Positions 23,772 to 35,722 of a stretch of DNA of 64,000 nucleotides are shown one piece after another (within the stretch, counting starts at the first letter, position 1; each line of letters begins with the position of its first letter). The stretch covers positions 18,177,171 through 18,241,170 of the forward strand of contig NC_069001.1 in assembly GCF_001194135.2 (NCBI RefSeq), in the 5' to 3' direction. The stretch comes from Octopus bimaculoides. Taxonomy: Eukaryota. The notes below the pieces were generated by a model. That model worked only from the letters and a program-made list of their open reading frames with translations. It searched no databases and was not told where the DNA came from. A program made the translations under genes and the position numbers.

Positions 23772-26449
23772 TGTATATATATATATATTTATATATATAC
23801 ACACACACACACATACATACATGTATGAGAGTAAAGATAATGTTATGATAAAAGACCCACAAATCTTGTTACCCAAGATTTCTTGATTGAAATAATAATT
23901 TTTTTTTCACCATTTATCAAGTTGAAAACAACTGACAAATGGTCTTGTACATTAATTTCATGAGCAGGCTGTTCTGTTGATCAGATCAACTGGAATGCTC
24001 ATCATCTCAACCAATGGAGTGCAAGTTTTAAGCATTCAGCTTACTGTCAAATGTAAAGCTTATTTCTCATTATCAACAACCATCTTTATCTTCAAATTAC
24101 ACATATGTAAACATGATTTAGTTATTTATTGAATTATTTGAATTAATCATACATTATCTCATAACTTTAAGACTTCGACAACGTGAGTGTTTATTTTTAG
24201 AATGACATTGTAGGACTTGTGTGAGAGGCTGAATATGATCAGTTTTAACATAAAACAGAATATTTGGTTGGATATGACTGGTTTAAATGTTAGGTTTAAG
24301 GAGTCCTTAAGCCTGTTGTCATTGTTTTTGCTAGGTCCCAGAGGATTCATTTTCATGGTTATCAAAAGCAATATTTGAACTCGGAACATACAGAACTAAC
24401 ACAGATATACCAGAATGCATCTTCTCAGATGCTCGAACATTCTGCTGATCCACCACACTGAACTGATATTTAATTGATCAACCTTGAATGGGAGAAAAAC
24501 TAAGTTGATCGAGGCAGGATTTGAACTCAGAGCACAGAAAACCAGAACAAATACCACCAAGGCATTTGATTCAATGCTCTAATAAATCTGCCAGCTCACA
24601 CACACACACACATACATACACGCATGCACACACACACATTCATACAAATATTGTTGACTCATTAGCATGCTTAGTGGCATTTCATCTGTCTTTACGTTCT
24701 GAGTTCAAATTCTGTTGAGGTCAACTTTGTCTTTTCATCCTTACAGGGTCAATAAAATAAGTACCAGCTGAGCACTGGGGTTATAAACTGCAGAAAAGCA
24801 GGAGACCAACTAACTATGATTTGGAGCTTTACAGAGCTGCTAGAGGTCAACTTCACTCCCTTATTCAGACCATACAAATTTTCTCTTATGACATTCAGAT
24901 AGCATTTGGTCTTAATAAATGGGCCGTTATTCAAGTGAAGAGAGGGTGAAAAGTAGACAGCAGTGGAGTGCAACTTCCAGATGAAGAGTGCATAAGCGAA
25001 GTGAACAGAAAGGGTTACAAGTATCTTGGTGTTTTACAATTGGTCCAGATGATGAACACCAAGAAGAGTACTGGGCGGTCAATGTAATCAATTTATCCCC
25101 TTCCCCAAAATTGCTGGCCTTGTACCAAAATTCGAAAATATTACTATTATTATTATTGTTTACATTTAATGTATAATATTTTCCTTCTATCCCTTTCTTA
25201 GATAACTAAATTACAACAAGTATATAGTCCATTTTTTGTATTATAGTGCATTGTTGTACCATTCAAAACTTTTTATTCTTTACAAATTAAATATTTTCCT
25301 TCTATCCCTTTCTTAATTATCAGTCACTGCCAAGCATGTATACAACCTGGCAGCTTATACCATACTTTTGTTCATTGTTTTAGGTACTTGTGTATTGACA
25401 TGTAGACATAGATATCCTCTTAGTCTTTTCACTTTTGAACTCAGAGCATCAAGGATGTGACAGCTAGAAGGGGAGAGCAGTGCCTGGTTGGTACTCATTT
25501 CAGCTGAGTAGACAAGAACAATGTGAAACTAAGTGCTCTGCTCAAGGTCAATAGTGCATCACCGAGTCCAAGAATCAAATCCACAACCTTATGATTGAAC
25601 AGCCAACACCCTAACCATGAAGACACGTGACTTTGTTGGTAACAATTGTCATTTAACACCATTGGTTACTGTTTGTTTTCAGTTAATAAACCACAACAAT
25701 GATGGAACACACAGATACATGGACACACACATTAGTCTTCTTTCCAAAATCACAAATGGACACAAAATAATTGGGTGTTCAGACAGCAGTAGTTGTAGTA
25801 ATAGTTGCAGCAGCAGTAGCAACTTGTTATGGATCTTTAAATCCCTATAATCAGTGGCTTTGGTAATTACTGTTAAGCCTGGCTCTATCAATGTATCATC
25901 AACTGAAATCATCTTAACTACAATAACATTTCATCACTGATAGGCCATCCAGCCAGCCAGCCAGCCAAACAAACAACCAGCTGGCCAACCAATGAACCAA
26001 CCAACCAACCATTCAAGCACACTAAACCATTATCATTTTAGAGACATTATTACATGTCTGCCACCACAATACACTTATATAAGTATAAATTGTCACACGC
26101 ACATATTCAGTCGCATACAAATGTACAGGCACACAATAATACTCATAACAATACATACACACACACATACACATGCAGTTACACACGCACACACACATAC
26201 ATACATACACACCAATGCAGACACATACCAATACACATAGTCACATACTCACCAATACACATACAAATGCATAGTCACACACACACACACACACTTCCTC
26301 TCCACCTCTCTTGGCAAGCTATAATTAAAGTCGTTCATAGTTATTATTACTCTAAACACATGAACGGTTCACATCTAACCTCTTCTCTACAGACTTTTCC
26401 TGCAATGTTCTAAATCCTTAAACCCCCATCATCATCATCACTCAAAAAG

Positions 26450-26487
<38 letters not shown>

Positions 26488-26652
26488 ATGCACCCACATG
26501 TACGTGTGTTTTGATTTTGGGGACTTGTTTTTAAGGAATTTTTAGGTGAAACTTGATGCTAGGAAAAACTTGGAAATCCTGATCAAAACTAATTTACACG
26601 CATGGACACATATGCCCACACGTTATATAAATGTAGATGAATTTATATAATG

Positions 26653-28125
26653 CATCATCATCATCATCATCCTTTAACGTCCGTTGTCCATACTGGCATG
26701 GGTTGAACAGTTTGATCAGGGCTGGTAAGCTGTACCAGACTCCAGTCTGATTTGGCATGGTTTTCTACAGCTGGATGTCCTTCCTAATGCCAACCACTCT
26801 GAGAGTGTGATGGGTGCTTTTGTGTGCCACCGGCACGGGTGCCATTTGCATGACACCGTATCTGCCATGGCTGTGATTTTGCTCAGTTTGATGGGTCTTC
26901 TTCTCAAGCATGACATAATGCCAAAGGTCTTGGCCATTGCCTCTGTGAGGCCCAACACTCGAAAGGAACTCAGCCACTTTGCTTCCGTGAGGCCCAACAC
27001 TTGAAGGAACTCAGCCACTTTGCCTCCATGAGGTTTAATGCCTGAAAGGAATTCAGCCACTTTACCTCCATTAGGCTCAATGCTCAAAAGGGATTCGGCA
27101 ACTTTGCCTCCGTGAGGCCCAATGCTTGAAAGGAACTCTGTCACTTTGTCTCAGTGAGGCCCAACACTTGAAAGGAACATGGCTACTTTGCCTCCCTGAG
27201 GTCCAACACTGAAAAGGAACTCAGCCACTTTATGCCTGCAAGGCTCAATGCTTGAAAGGAACTCAGCCACTTTGTCTCTGAGAGGTCCAATGCTCCAAAG
27301 GTGCTCTTTATGTGCCACCAGCATGTGTGCCGGTTACATAACTCCAACATCAGCCATGACTATGATTTCACTTGGTTTGACGTGTCTTCTCAAGCACAGC
27401 ATATCACCAAAGGTCTTGGTCACTAATCATTGCCTCTGTGAGGCCCAAAGTTTGAAGATCATGCTTCACCGCCTCATCCCATGTCTTCCTGGGTCTACCT
27501 CTACCACAGGTTCCCTCCACAGTTAGAGATTGGCACTTCTTTACACAGCTGTCCTCATCCATACGCATCAATTGACCATACCAGTGCAGTTGTCTCTCTT
27601 GCACACCATATCTGATGCTGCTTATGCATAACTTTTCTCTCAAGACGTTTACACTCTGTCGAACATGCACATTGGCATTGTACATCCAGCAAAGCATACT
27701 GGCTTCATTTCTTTCAAGCTTACACATGTCCTTAGCTGTCATAAGACCATATTTCACTACCATGTGGTATGGCTGCTTGCACACAGGCATCATACAATCT
27801 GCCTTTCACTCAGAGAGAGGCCCTTTGTTGCCAGCAGAGGTAGGAGCTCTCTGAACTTCGCCCAGCCTAATCTTATTCTCACCGCTATGCTCTCGGAGCA
27901 CCCCACTCCACTACTAACTTGATCACCTAGATAATGGAAGCTACTACTTCTAATGTCCCCCTGGCAGTTGATGGAGTCTATTCTCAGCACATTTTCAGCA
28001 TTTATTGTACTTGTTCATCTTTCATATACAAAAGCTAGTTTCCCTGTTAACCTTCCTCTGATATTGCTGCATTTTTTATGTGTCCAAGGCTTATACTGGA
28101 TGCATCTTATGGAGTTTCTACGTAC
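26653..28125 (-). mobile_element. 5'-truncated RTE-clade LINE (RT C-terminal region, 42-bp tandem array in 3' UTR, (GAT)n tail)
   Basis: FHYLGDQVSSGVGCSESIAVRIRLGWAKFRELLPLL; KLERNEASMLCWM; LHWYGQLMRMDEDSCVKKC..VEGTCGRGRPRKTWDEAVKHDLQTLGLTEAM, diagnostic of RTE ORF ends; frameshifted. Confidence 0.93.
26937..27301. repeat. Tandem array of about 8.7 x 42 bp (ctttgcctccgtgaggcccaacacttgaaaggaactcagcca)
   Basis: Units read directly; contiguous, no spacers. Confidence 0.92.
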
Positions 28126-28713
28126 GCTTTACGCTTAATGAAATTAAATAAATGACAAGGAAACAAGAAATTATGTAACAAAATTCATTAGCTTATAGCG
28201 GTTTCTGCTATAATTTGCAATGCACTCATAGCTGAGTGCTTGTGTATCACCTTAATGCTTCCTCAGAGCTCCAAAACTAAAGGTCAAAGAGCAAAAATCC
28301 CACTTCATAAAAATGAAGTCTCGAGGTCAATCCATACTTTGTGACTAAAGTGGAGTAGACAGAAACTGTTTAGAAGTGCCCTGGGTGGATTGTACCCTAA
28401 TTCAAAAGATAGAACCATGTTACACACAGTTTCACATTGATTCTGTCAAACAAATGACAGGCTTCCACACAGTTTCCATCTACCAAATTCACTCTCAACA
28501 CAATAGTCAGCCCAGGACACAAGGTGCCATGCAGTGAAACTGAACCTGAAACCACATGGTTGCAAAGTGAGCTTTTTCAACCATGCAGCCTGAAATCATG
28601 CTTGTTGCATAATTTTTTTTTTATTTGTTCTTGTAACAAAAAACTATGTGCACCAAATGCTTGTGCAAACACAAACTTTAAAATATTTGCAGATAGTTCT
28701 AAAGTGCACATGT

Positions 28714-28777
<64 letters not shown>

Positions 28778-29331
28778 TTTCCCTCTCTCCTCTTCTCTCA
28801 TGTTTAAAAAGACTGTTGACATTTTAATGAGGGCCTGATAAAACCTTCCACTACAGCAGACAACACCCATTCACTCACTCAACTTCTTAACTGCAAGGAT
28901 GTTGGGCAAGTGTCTTCTGCTATAGCTACAGGTCAACCAAAGCCTTGTGAATGGATTTGGTAGACAGAAACAAAAGCATATATATGTATATACATATTCA
29001 TACACCTGTGTGTGTCTTTGTGTTTGTTGTCCCTCCATCACTACATGAAAACTGGTGCTGGTGTGTTTTTAAAGCCTGGTACTTATTCTCTTGGTCTCCT
29101 TTGCTGAACTGTTAAGTTATGGGAGAGTAAAACACACCAACACTAGTTGTTAAGCAGTGGTGGCTTGGACAAACAAAGACACACACACATACAAAGATAA
29201 GAGCTTCTTTCAGTTTCCAACTACCTAATCCACCTTGGTTGGCTTAAGGTTGTAGTAGAGGACACTGGAACATGGGGATTAAACTCAGAACTATGTGGTT
29301 GGGAAGCAAGCTTCTTTCCACACAGCCACGC

Positions 29332-29415
<84 letters not shown>

Positions 29416-29568
29416 GTGTATATTGATGAAAACAGGAAACATAAGACTCAAAATATGAGTATATGTATATTTGTATTAATATTTAGTAGAGGTTACTTCA
29501 GCTAAATATTAATAAAAACAATAACCACCACAGATGATGATCAAAATATTATCATTGACACCGATGGA

Positions 29569-30452
29569 GTGACCGGGCCTGCCCCATGTTACCACCTGCC
29601 GCACCCACACTACTGCCGGCAGCATCAACGCCACCATATGACCAGAAATGAAAACCACAGTGATAACAAATGCGGAGATAGCAGATGTACCAGCACCGCT
29701 AGGTCACTGCGCCATAACAACAAGATCAACACTGGTAATACCAATATCCTCAGGCCCAGAGCCTATCAGAGATACATAAGGAGTGTGAATATAGCCACCT
29801 CCCAAGCTTGTAAATATATTGGATCAGCCAGCACATCTTTCAAACAATGCTTCTGCAACCACCAATCATCTTTCAGAATCCCAGAAAGACATTTTGTCAC
29901 ATTCCTGGCCAGCCATGTGTGGCACCTCAAACATCAAAGGGAGCCCGTATGCTATCAGGTGGAAGATCTTAGATCATCCAGGCCCATATATTAATGTGAG
30001 CGGCCATTGCAAAATCTGTATCGCAGAGAGAACCAAAATTCTCAAAGACTAAGCTAAGCTTGGCACTTTAAATAATTGTAAAGAAATTTTCTCAAAAGCT
30101 GTTCATTTCAAGCGCTACCTACTAGATAAGTGGATCTCTCCGTTTGCTGATTAGGCTAATATGAGACCGTAAAGATTTTCATTATAACGTTTTTATAGGT
30201 CAAACATTGGACCTTGTTATCCTAGCGTTTCCTCATGTCCACGAGGTGAAAAATTAAATTTGTCTTTGTATAGAGTCTGATGAGCTGCCCACATGACTGT
30301 AGCTTTTGTGGATACAAAACCATTGGTCACTCTATAACCAGAATTTAACTTTTTGTTTTAATATATATATATAACATGAAGTATATTTGTCACTTAAATG
30401 TGGCTAACCGCTAAGTGTTAGCCACATTTAAGTGGCAAATATACTTCATGTT
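29569..30452 (+). mobile_element. Penelope-like element 3' fragment: GIY-YIG remnant, hammerhead, terminal hairpin
   Basis: KYIGSASTSFKQCFCNHQSSFRIPE...LASHVWHLK, frameshift, YAIRWKILD...YINVSGHCKICIAERTKIL...TLNNCKEIFSK..HFKRYLL; 5' boundary uncertain. Confidence 0.85.
30269..30336 (+). ncRNA. Type I hammerhead ribozyme motif with one core substitution
   Basis: tatagagt (stem I) CTGATGA g..ccaca/tgtgg..c (stem II) aaaa (GAAA with G>A at a CpG) cc att gg TC actctata (8-bp stem I partner). Confidence 0.8.
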
Positions 30453-30525
30453 GTCGTGCAGCTACTGTTTATACCTCGTTCAGAGATTTATTATTGCTCT
30501 CTCTCTCTCTATATATATATACATA

Positions 30526-31415
30526 CACGAGGTGGTATCAAAAAGTTCTCGGACTAGTTCTGTAGCATGCCAACAGTACACAGCTGCGTGTGCACCGAGA
30601 GCTAGCAGTGATCTTTATGAGGCAGTGTGCTGAGTGACGTCACTGTATTTACTTCACAATTTGTGAAATTTGTGTTTTTGTGATCATGTGTATGCTGTAG
30701 TCTGCGCTTTTGTCATGGACAGAAAGAGCCAATTTTGCATTAAACTTGGGAAGTCTCCTACAGAGATATTGAGCATTCTTCAGCAATGAGGCAATGGGTT
30801 GTACTCAATGTTTTTAGTAGTACAAGTGCTTCAAATGCGCAAGAACATCTCTGGAAGATGATGAGCGACCTAGAAGGCCTGCCATGGGTGTCACCCTTGG
30901 AAATGTATTGTGCATTGAGAATTTGTCTCCCTAAGGCCAGACCATCAATTGAGAGTTCTACTCTGATGTTCCAAAGTATCTGAGGGAAGACATTTGGCAA
31001 GAGCGACCAGATCTGTGGTGCACAAAGCATTGGATTCTTCACAACGACAATGCACCCTGTCATCAAGCTCTCCTCATTTGTGAGTTTCTTGCCAAAAACA
31101 TGGTATTACTTCCGCACCCATCCTATTTGCCAGATTTAACACCTGCGGACTTCCATCTTTTCCCCAAGATGAAAATGCAGCTCAAAGGTCACTGTTTTAA
31201 CACCATTGTTGAAATCAAGAACAAATTCAGGAGGTCCTTGTTTTGCTTACAGAAATTGACTTCCATGCCAGATTCCAAAAGTGACAGGGATGTTGGAACT
31301 GGTGTATTGTTGAGCAAGGTGGCTATTTCAAAAGAGATGATATTAAAACTTACATAAATAAGTTATTTTTTATTAAACATAACTAGATCAGGAACCTTTG
31401 GGATACCACCTTGTG
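30526..31415 (+). mobile_element. Internally deleted mariner (DD34D-type) transposon
   Basis: TA-flanked TIRs cacgaggtggtatcaaaaagttc / gaacctttgggataccaccttgtg; remnants WILHNDNAPCH and HPSYLPDLTPADFHLFPKMK..LKGHCF. Confidence 0.9.
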
Positions 31416-31419
31416 TATA

Positions 31420-32309
31420 CAGAGTGCGATGGATAATTTGTCACCTTTTTATACTTTTAATTTTGCGCATGCACATTGTTTATTTGTCTTTGATTTTGTT
31501 GACAACACAGTATAGTAGGGTCAGTTGGACACCATTTGTGAGAAAAACAGCACCATGATGCAATTCACTCTGCCAGAAGTTTGGAAACACCATGCTGTAC
31601 GACTTGGCATTTGTGCCAGAAGCTCCAATACAAACATTTCAGAGTGTCTGGATGTCAATTAGAGGACAGTGCAATCTGAGGACATATATCAAGAGTAATA
31701 AAAATCAAACATCCAGTCAACATTATGGTGTTTGGAGGGATCACTAGTGATGGTGACATTATGTCACCATTCATCTTCCTGCACAGCCTCTGACTCAACA
31801 CAGAGGCCTACATCAAGTCCCTGGAGGAGGTAGTGCTGCCCTGGGTCAAGAGGGTGTCGGCTGAACGACCTTATGTCTGGCAACAGGACTCTGCACCATG
31901 CCACACAAGCAGGAGAACCCAGTCATGGTTGTCAGACAATTTCTGTGACCACATCTCCCCTAACATCTGGCCACCTAACTCCCCAGACTGCAACCCACTT
32001 CATTATTATGTGTGGGGTGCAGTTGAGGGAGAGACTATCGAAATTTCTTGTAACACCAAAAATGAACTGAAGGGAAGGATTATGGCAGCATTCACCAACT
32101 TAAATAAGGAGACCATCCAGAAGAGTTGTAGGAGATTCCAAAGTCATCTGGAGTCCATGGTTGAAGCCAATGGCGATTTTATTGAATAAATTTTCTCTTT
32201 AGTATATAAAGATATTTTCATGTAATTTTGGTAAATATATCTATTAAAATAAGATGTCAGTGTTATTTTCCTTTTTGTGTAATTTAGATAATTTATTCAC
32301 CACACCCTG
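31420..32309 (+). mobile_element. Internally deleted Tc1/mariner DD37D (maT-like) transposon
   Basis: TA-flanked imperfect TIRs cagagtgcgatggataatt / ataatttattcaccacaccctg; ORF 31833-32189 has QQDSAPCH...WPPNSPDCNPLH with 37 residues between the second D and the third catalytic position (D>H here). Confidence 0.88.
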
Positions 32310-32532
32310 TATATATATATATATAACAGTATATTTTGGGTCCCACTTAGTGTCACAATCCACCTCTTTTAGGTTTTGGTACAAACCATTTTGTCCTGTC
32401 TTTTCCTCTCTTCACAGAATTTCAGTTATCTAAAATTCCTTCAGTCTTGTATTCTTCTTGTAATCATTGGCTTGCAAACTGCTTTAGTTGAACTTATGAC
32501 TATATGACTAACTTAAATAATAATAATAATAA

Positions 32533-32749
32533 TAATGGTTTCAAATTTTGCCACAAGGGCAGCAATTTTGAGAGAGGGGATGAGTCGATTACATTGACGC
32601 CAGTGTTCAACTGGTACTTATTTTATCAACCCCGAAAAGGATGAAAGGTAAAGTCAACCTTAGCAGAATTTGAACTTAGAATGTAGCAACAGGTAAAATA
32701 CCACTAAGCATTTTGTCCTGCATGCTAACGATTCTGCCACCTCACCACC

Positions 32750-32750
<1 letters not shown>
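32533..32750 (-). mobile_element. tRNA-derived SINE (family B)
   Basis: Reverse complement of the family at 56145-56375. Confidence 0.85.

Positions 32751-32822
<72 letters not shown>
32751..32822. repeat. (TAA)n microsatellite
   Basis: Direct reading. Confidence 0.98.
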
Positions 32823-32826
<4 letters not shown>

Positions 32827-33235
32827 AAAGGCCTGATATAGTTATATTTTATTTCTTGAGTCACTTAACCTACTTCAGGTCATGATTATACAGAAATGTA
32901 TACATGTGTCTATGCAGCAGATATGTACTAAGTGAGTTTGCAAATTCATATCTGACTTGGGTATACATAACCACACATATAAATGCATATACACACACTC
33001 ACTAATTCAGATATATTCACCTACACACACACACACACACACACACATGTACAGTGAACAAAAATGTTATATACAGACTGTAGGCAATAGTCCACCTACA
33101 AATGATTTACAAACACACACAACAACCCATCCACAAGCATACACAGAGAGAGAGCAGAGAGACAACAGCCCACTGACTGTCACAAAAACACATACCAATA
33201 CATTTGATATAAACACACACTTTATATATACATAC

Positions 33236-33291
<56 letters not shown>

Positions 33292-33579
33292 GTACATACA
33301 CACACATTACAAACATATACATACACATTACAAACAAAAAGTTGAAGTTGTTGGTCAAGTGATAGTGTGACTCAGTTGTGTGCTGTACTTAGGAAAACTG
33401 ACACAACAAGATGTACAGGACGTGGTGAACAACTGACACTCTCAGATTAGATATATGTGTATGTACGTCTATATATGTATATATGCATGCACACATTACT
33501 ATTCCTCATTCTTATTCTGTATCCATTTAGTAATATATTTGTGAGTGAGTGTATGTGGGTGGGCCTCATGTATGCAACC

Positions 33580-33639
<60 letters not shown>

Positions 33640-34059
33640 TGTTGACAGTGACTTCAAAGTTAAGCTAAGTATAATAAATTTGTAATTTGCAAAGGTATAG
33701 AGTAACCCATCAGATTAAGGTAAAATTGTTTTATTGTAACTGAATGCAAAAACAAACATAATATATATATGAGAGAGAGAGAAATAAATATGTGCATTTA
33801 CACACACACACACACACACACACTATATATATATATATATATATGTGTGTAGGAGTATATTTTATATATGTACACATAGATATATACATACACAGAAACT
33901 TCTTATGCGCGTGTTGTTTTTTTTTTACTTGCTGGATGTAAGGGGCAGGTGGGGGGGGGCAGTGCCCATACCCTTTGTACATCTTGTGAAGTGAAAATGA
34001 TACCATTAGCGTTCTACTTAAACTACTAAAAAACAAAGAGCTGCAGGAAAGACATAAGT

Positions 34060-34690
34060 GGAGAGCAAGTGAGTGAGTTCTAGAGGGATGGCATTCTGGA
34101 GAGCAAGGACTGGAGATAGAAATTAAGTGAGACCTGGAAGGTTGTACAAAAGTTAAGAGTGCCTGACTGGAGATGACATAACATCAGCTAACTCTGAGAA
34201 GTAGAGGCCATTATAGTAGAGGTAGAGAAACTAGTGAACAATCTGGTAAAAGAGAGACTAAGTATGTCTGTGACTTTTTTATGGCAAGTAACCTTTCTGT
34301 GGGTATGGTACAATATCTGTGTGTAAAACTATTGCACTGCCTCTGGTGTGTGAGCAATGTTCTATTGTAGGGTTCACCTGAACTTAGTAGAGGATTACTA
34401 AGTGTTGATAGTGGGAAGAGAATGAACAGTCTTTGAGATGTTATATACTAGTGATATTAAGGATATGCTTTCATCAAGAGAGAGGCCTAATATCTGAAGT
34501 GATCCTGAAGTCTCTGGTTGTGTAATGTTTTATTCGGAAAGGGAGTGGTGTGATGCTGTTTTCTAGCTATTAATACTGATGGATTTTTGCTGTTAAAACA
34601 GTCAAGATTCATATGTTATCATTGAAGGTAGGTCTCTATTGTGGTGTCTAGATCCCATGGAGATCATGCATTGCTAAGGAATGTTAGGGA
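34060..34690 (-). mobile_element. Decayed non-LTR retrotransposon 3' ORF remnant
   Basis: Minus strand ctacctctactataatggcctctacttctcagagttagctgatg = YLYYNGLYFSELAD, resembling the conserved C-terminal block of CR1/L2-group ORF2; many stops. Confidence 0.5.
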
Positions 34691-35506
34691 AGAATGACAA
34701 GTGGTAGTATCAGAGACAAATATAAATACACAAACAGGTTAGCTTTTCTTTTTTTTGTTCTTTTACTGGTTTCAGTGACTGGACTGTTACCATGCTGGAG
34801 TATCACCATCAAGGATTTTAGTTGATCACAATGGCTTCAAATTTTGGCATAATGCCAGCAGTTTTGAGTAGGGAGGGGTCAAGTCAAGTAAATCAACCCT
34901 AGTGTTAAACTGGTACTTATTTTATCAACCCTGATTTGGTGAAAGGCAAAGTTGACCTCAGCAGAATTTGAATTCAAAATGTGAAGACAGACAAAATACC
35001 ACAAAGTATTTTGTATGCTAACAATTCTGCCAATTTTCTGCCTAAGTTTTAGTTGATCATATTGACACCGGTAATTATTTCATTCTGGTATTTGCTTTAT
35101 TGAATTATGACAGTACATTATAAATAATAAAATAAAGATTATTTATTCTTTATTACTTAATCAACTAATTTCTCATCAAGTCAATATCTTTTTCTAAGGC
35201 ATCAAGTCGATGCCTTAGTGGTCAGTAACTTGGCTGACCTAAAGAATACTCGAAATATATTTGGCTTAGCTATTTTTTATCAGTAGAAACTACAAAACAG
35301 TTTAATTATAACATTTAAATACACAGAAACAGAGAAAAAAAAGAAAGATAAAAAAGAAACAGAAAAAATGGGGTAAAACAGTAGAATATAGAGGAGGGGC
35401 AATGGGCCACACATCCCAGAACAGCTGTGTCCCATGGTAATGAGTTGGCATACAGAGACACAACTTGACACTCTGGTTTACACTAGTAAACACAAACAGA
35501 GATATA

Positions 35507-35722
35507 CGAGGGGTGCAGAAAAGTACCTGGCTTTGTGTAAAAGAAAATATAGGAGGATCAGTTAATTATGATTTTATGCAACATATTCCCCTCTCAGATT
35601 CACACAGTTATTGTAGCAGTCCTTCAGTTTTTCTAAGCCCTGTAAAAGAACTCGGAAGGTTGAGCCTCCAACCAGATCTTTTGCAAACTCCTGAAAGCCA
35701 GGAACATTTCAGTGGACCTGTG
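35507..35722. mobile_element. Mariner-type MITE
   Basis: TA-flanked; cgaggggtgcagaaaagtacctggcttt versus aaagccaggaacatttcagtggacctgtg. Confidence 0.7.

Noticed and set aside
26937-27301. CRISPR-like periodicity
   Set aside because: Contiguous diverged units with no unique spacers, eukaryotic context, and the unit derives from the RTE ORF end.
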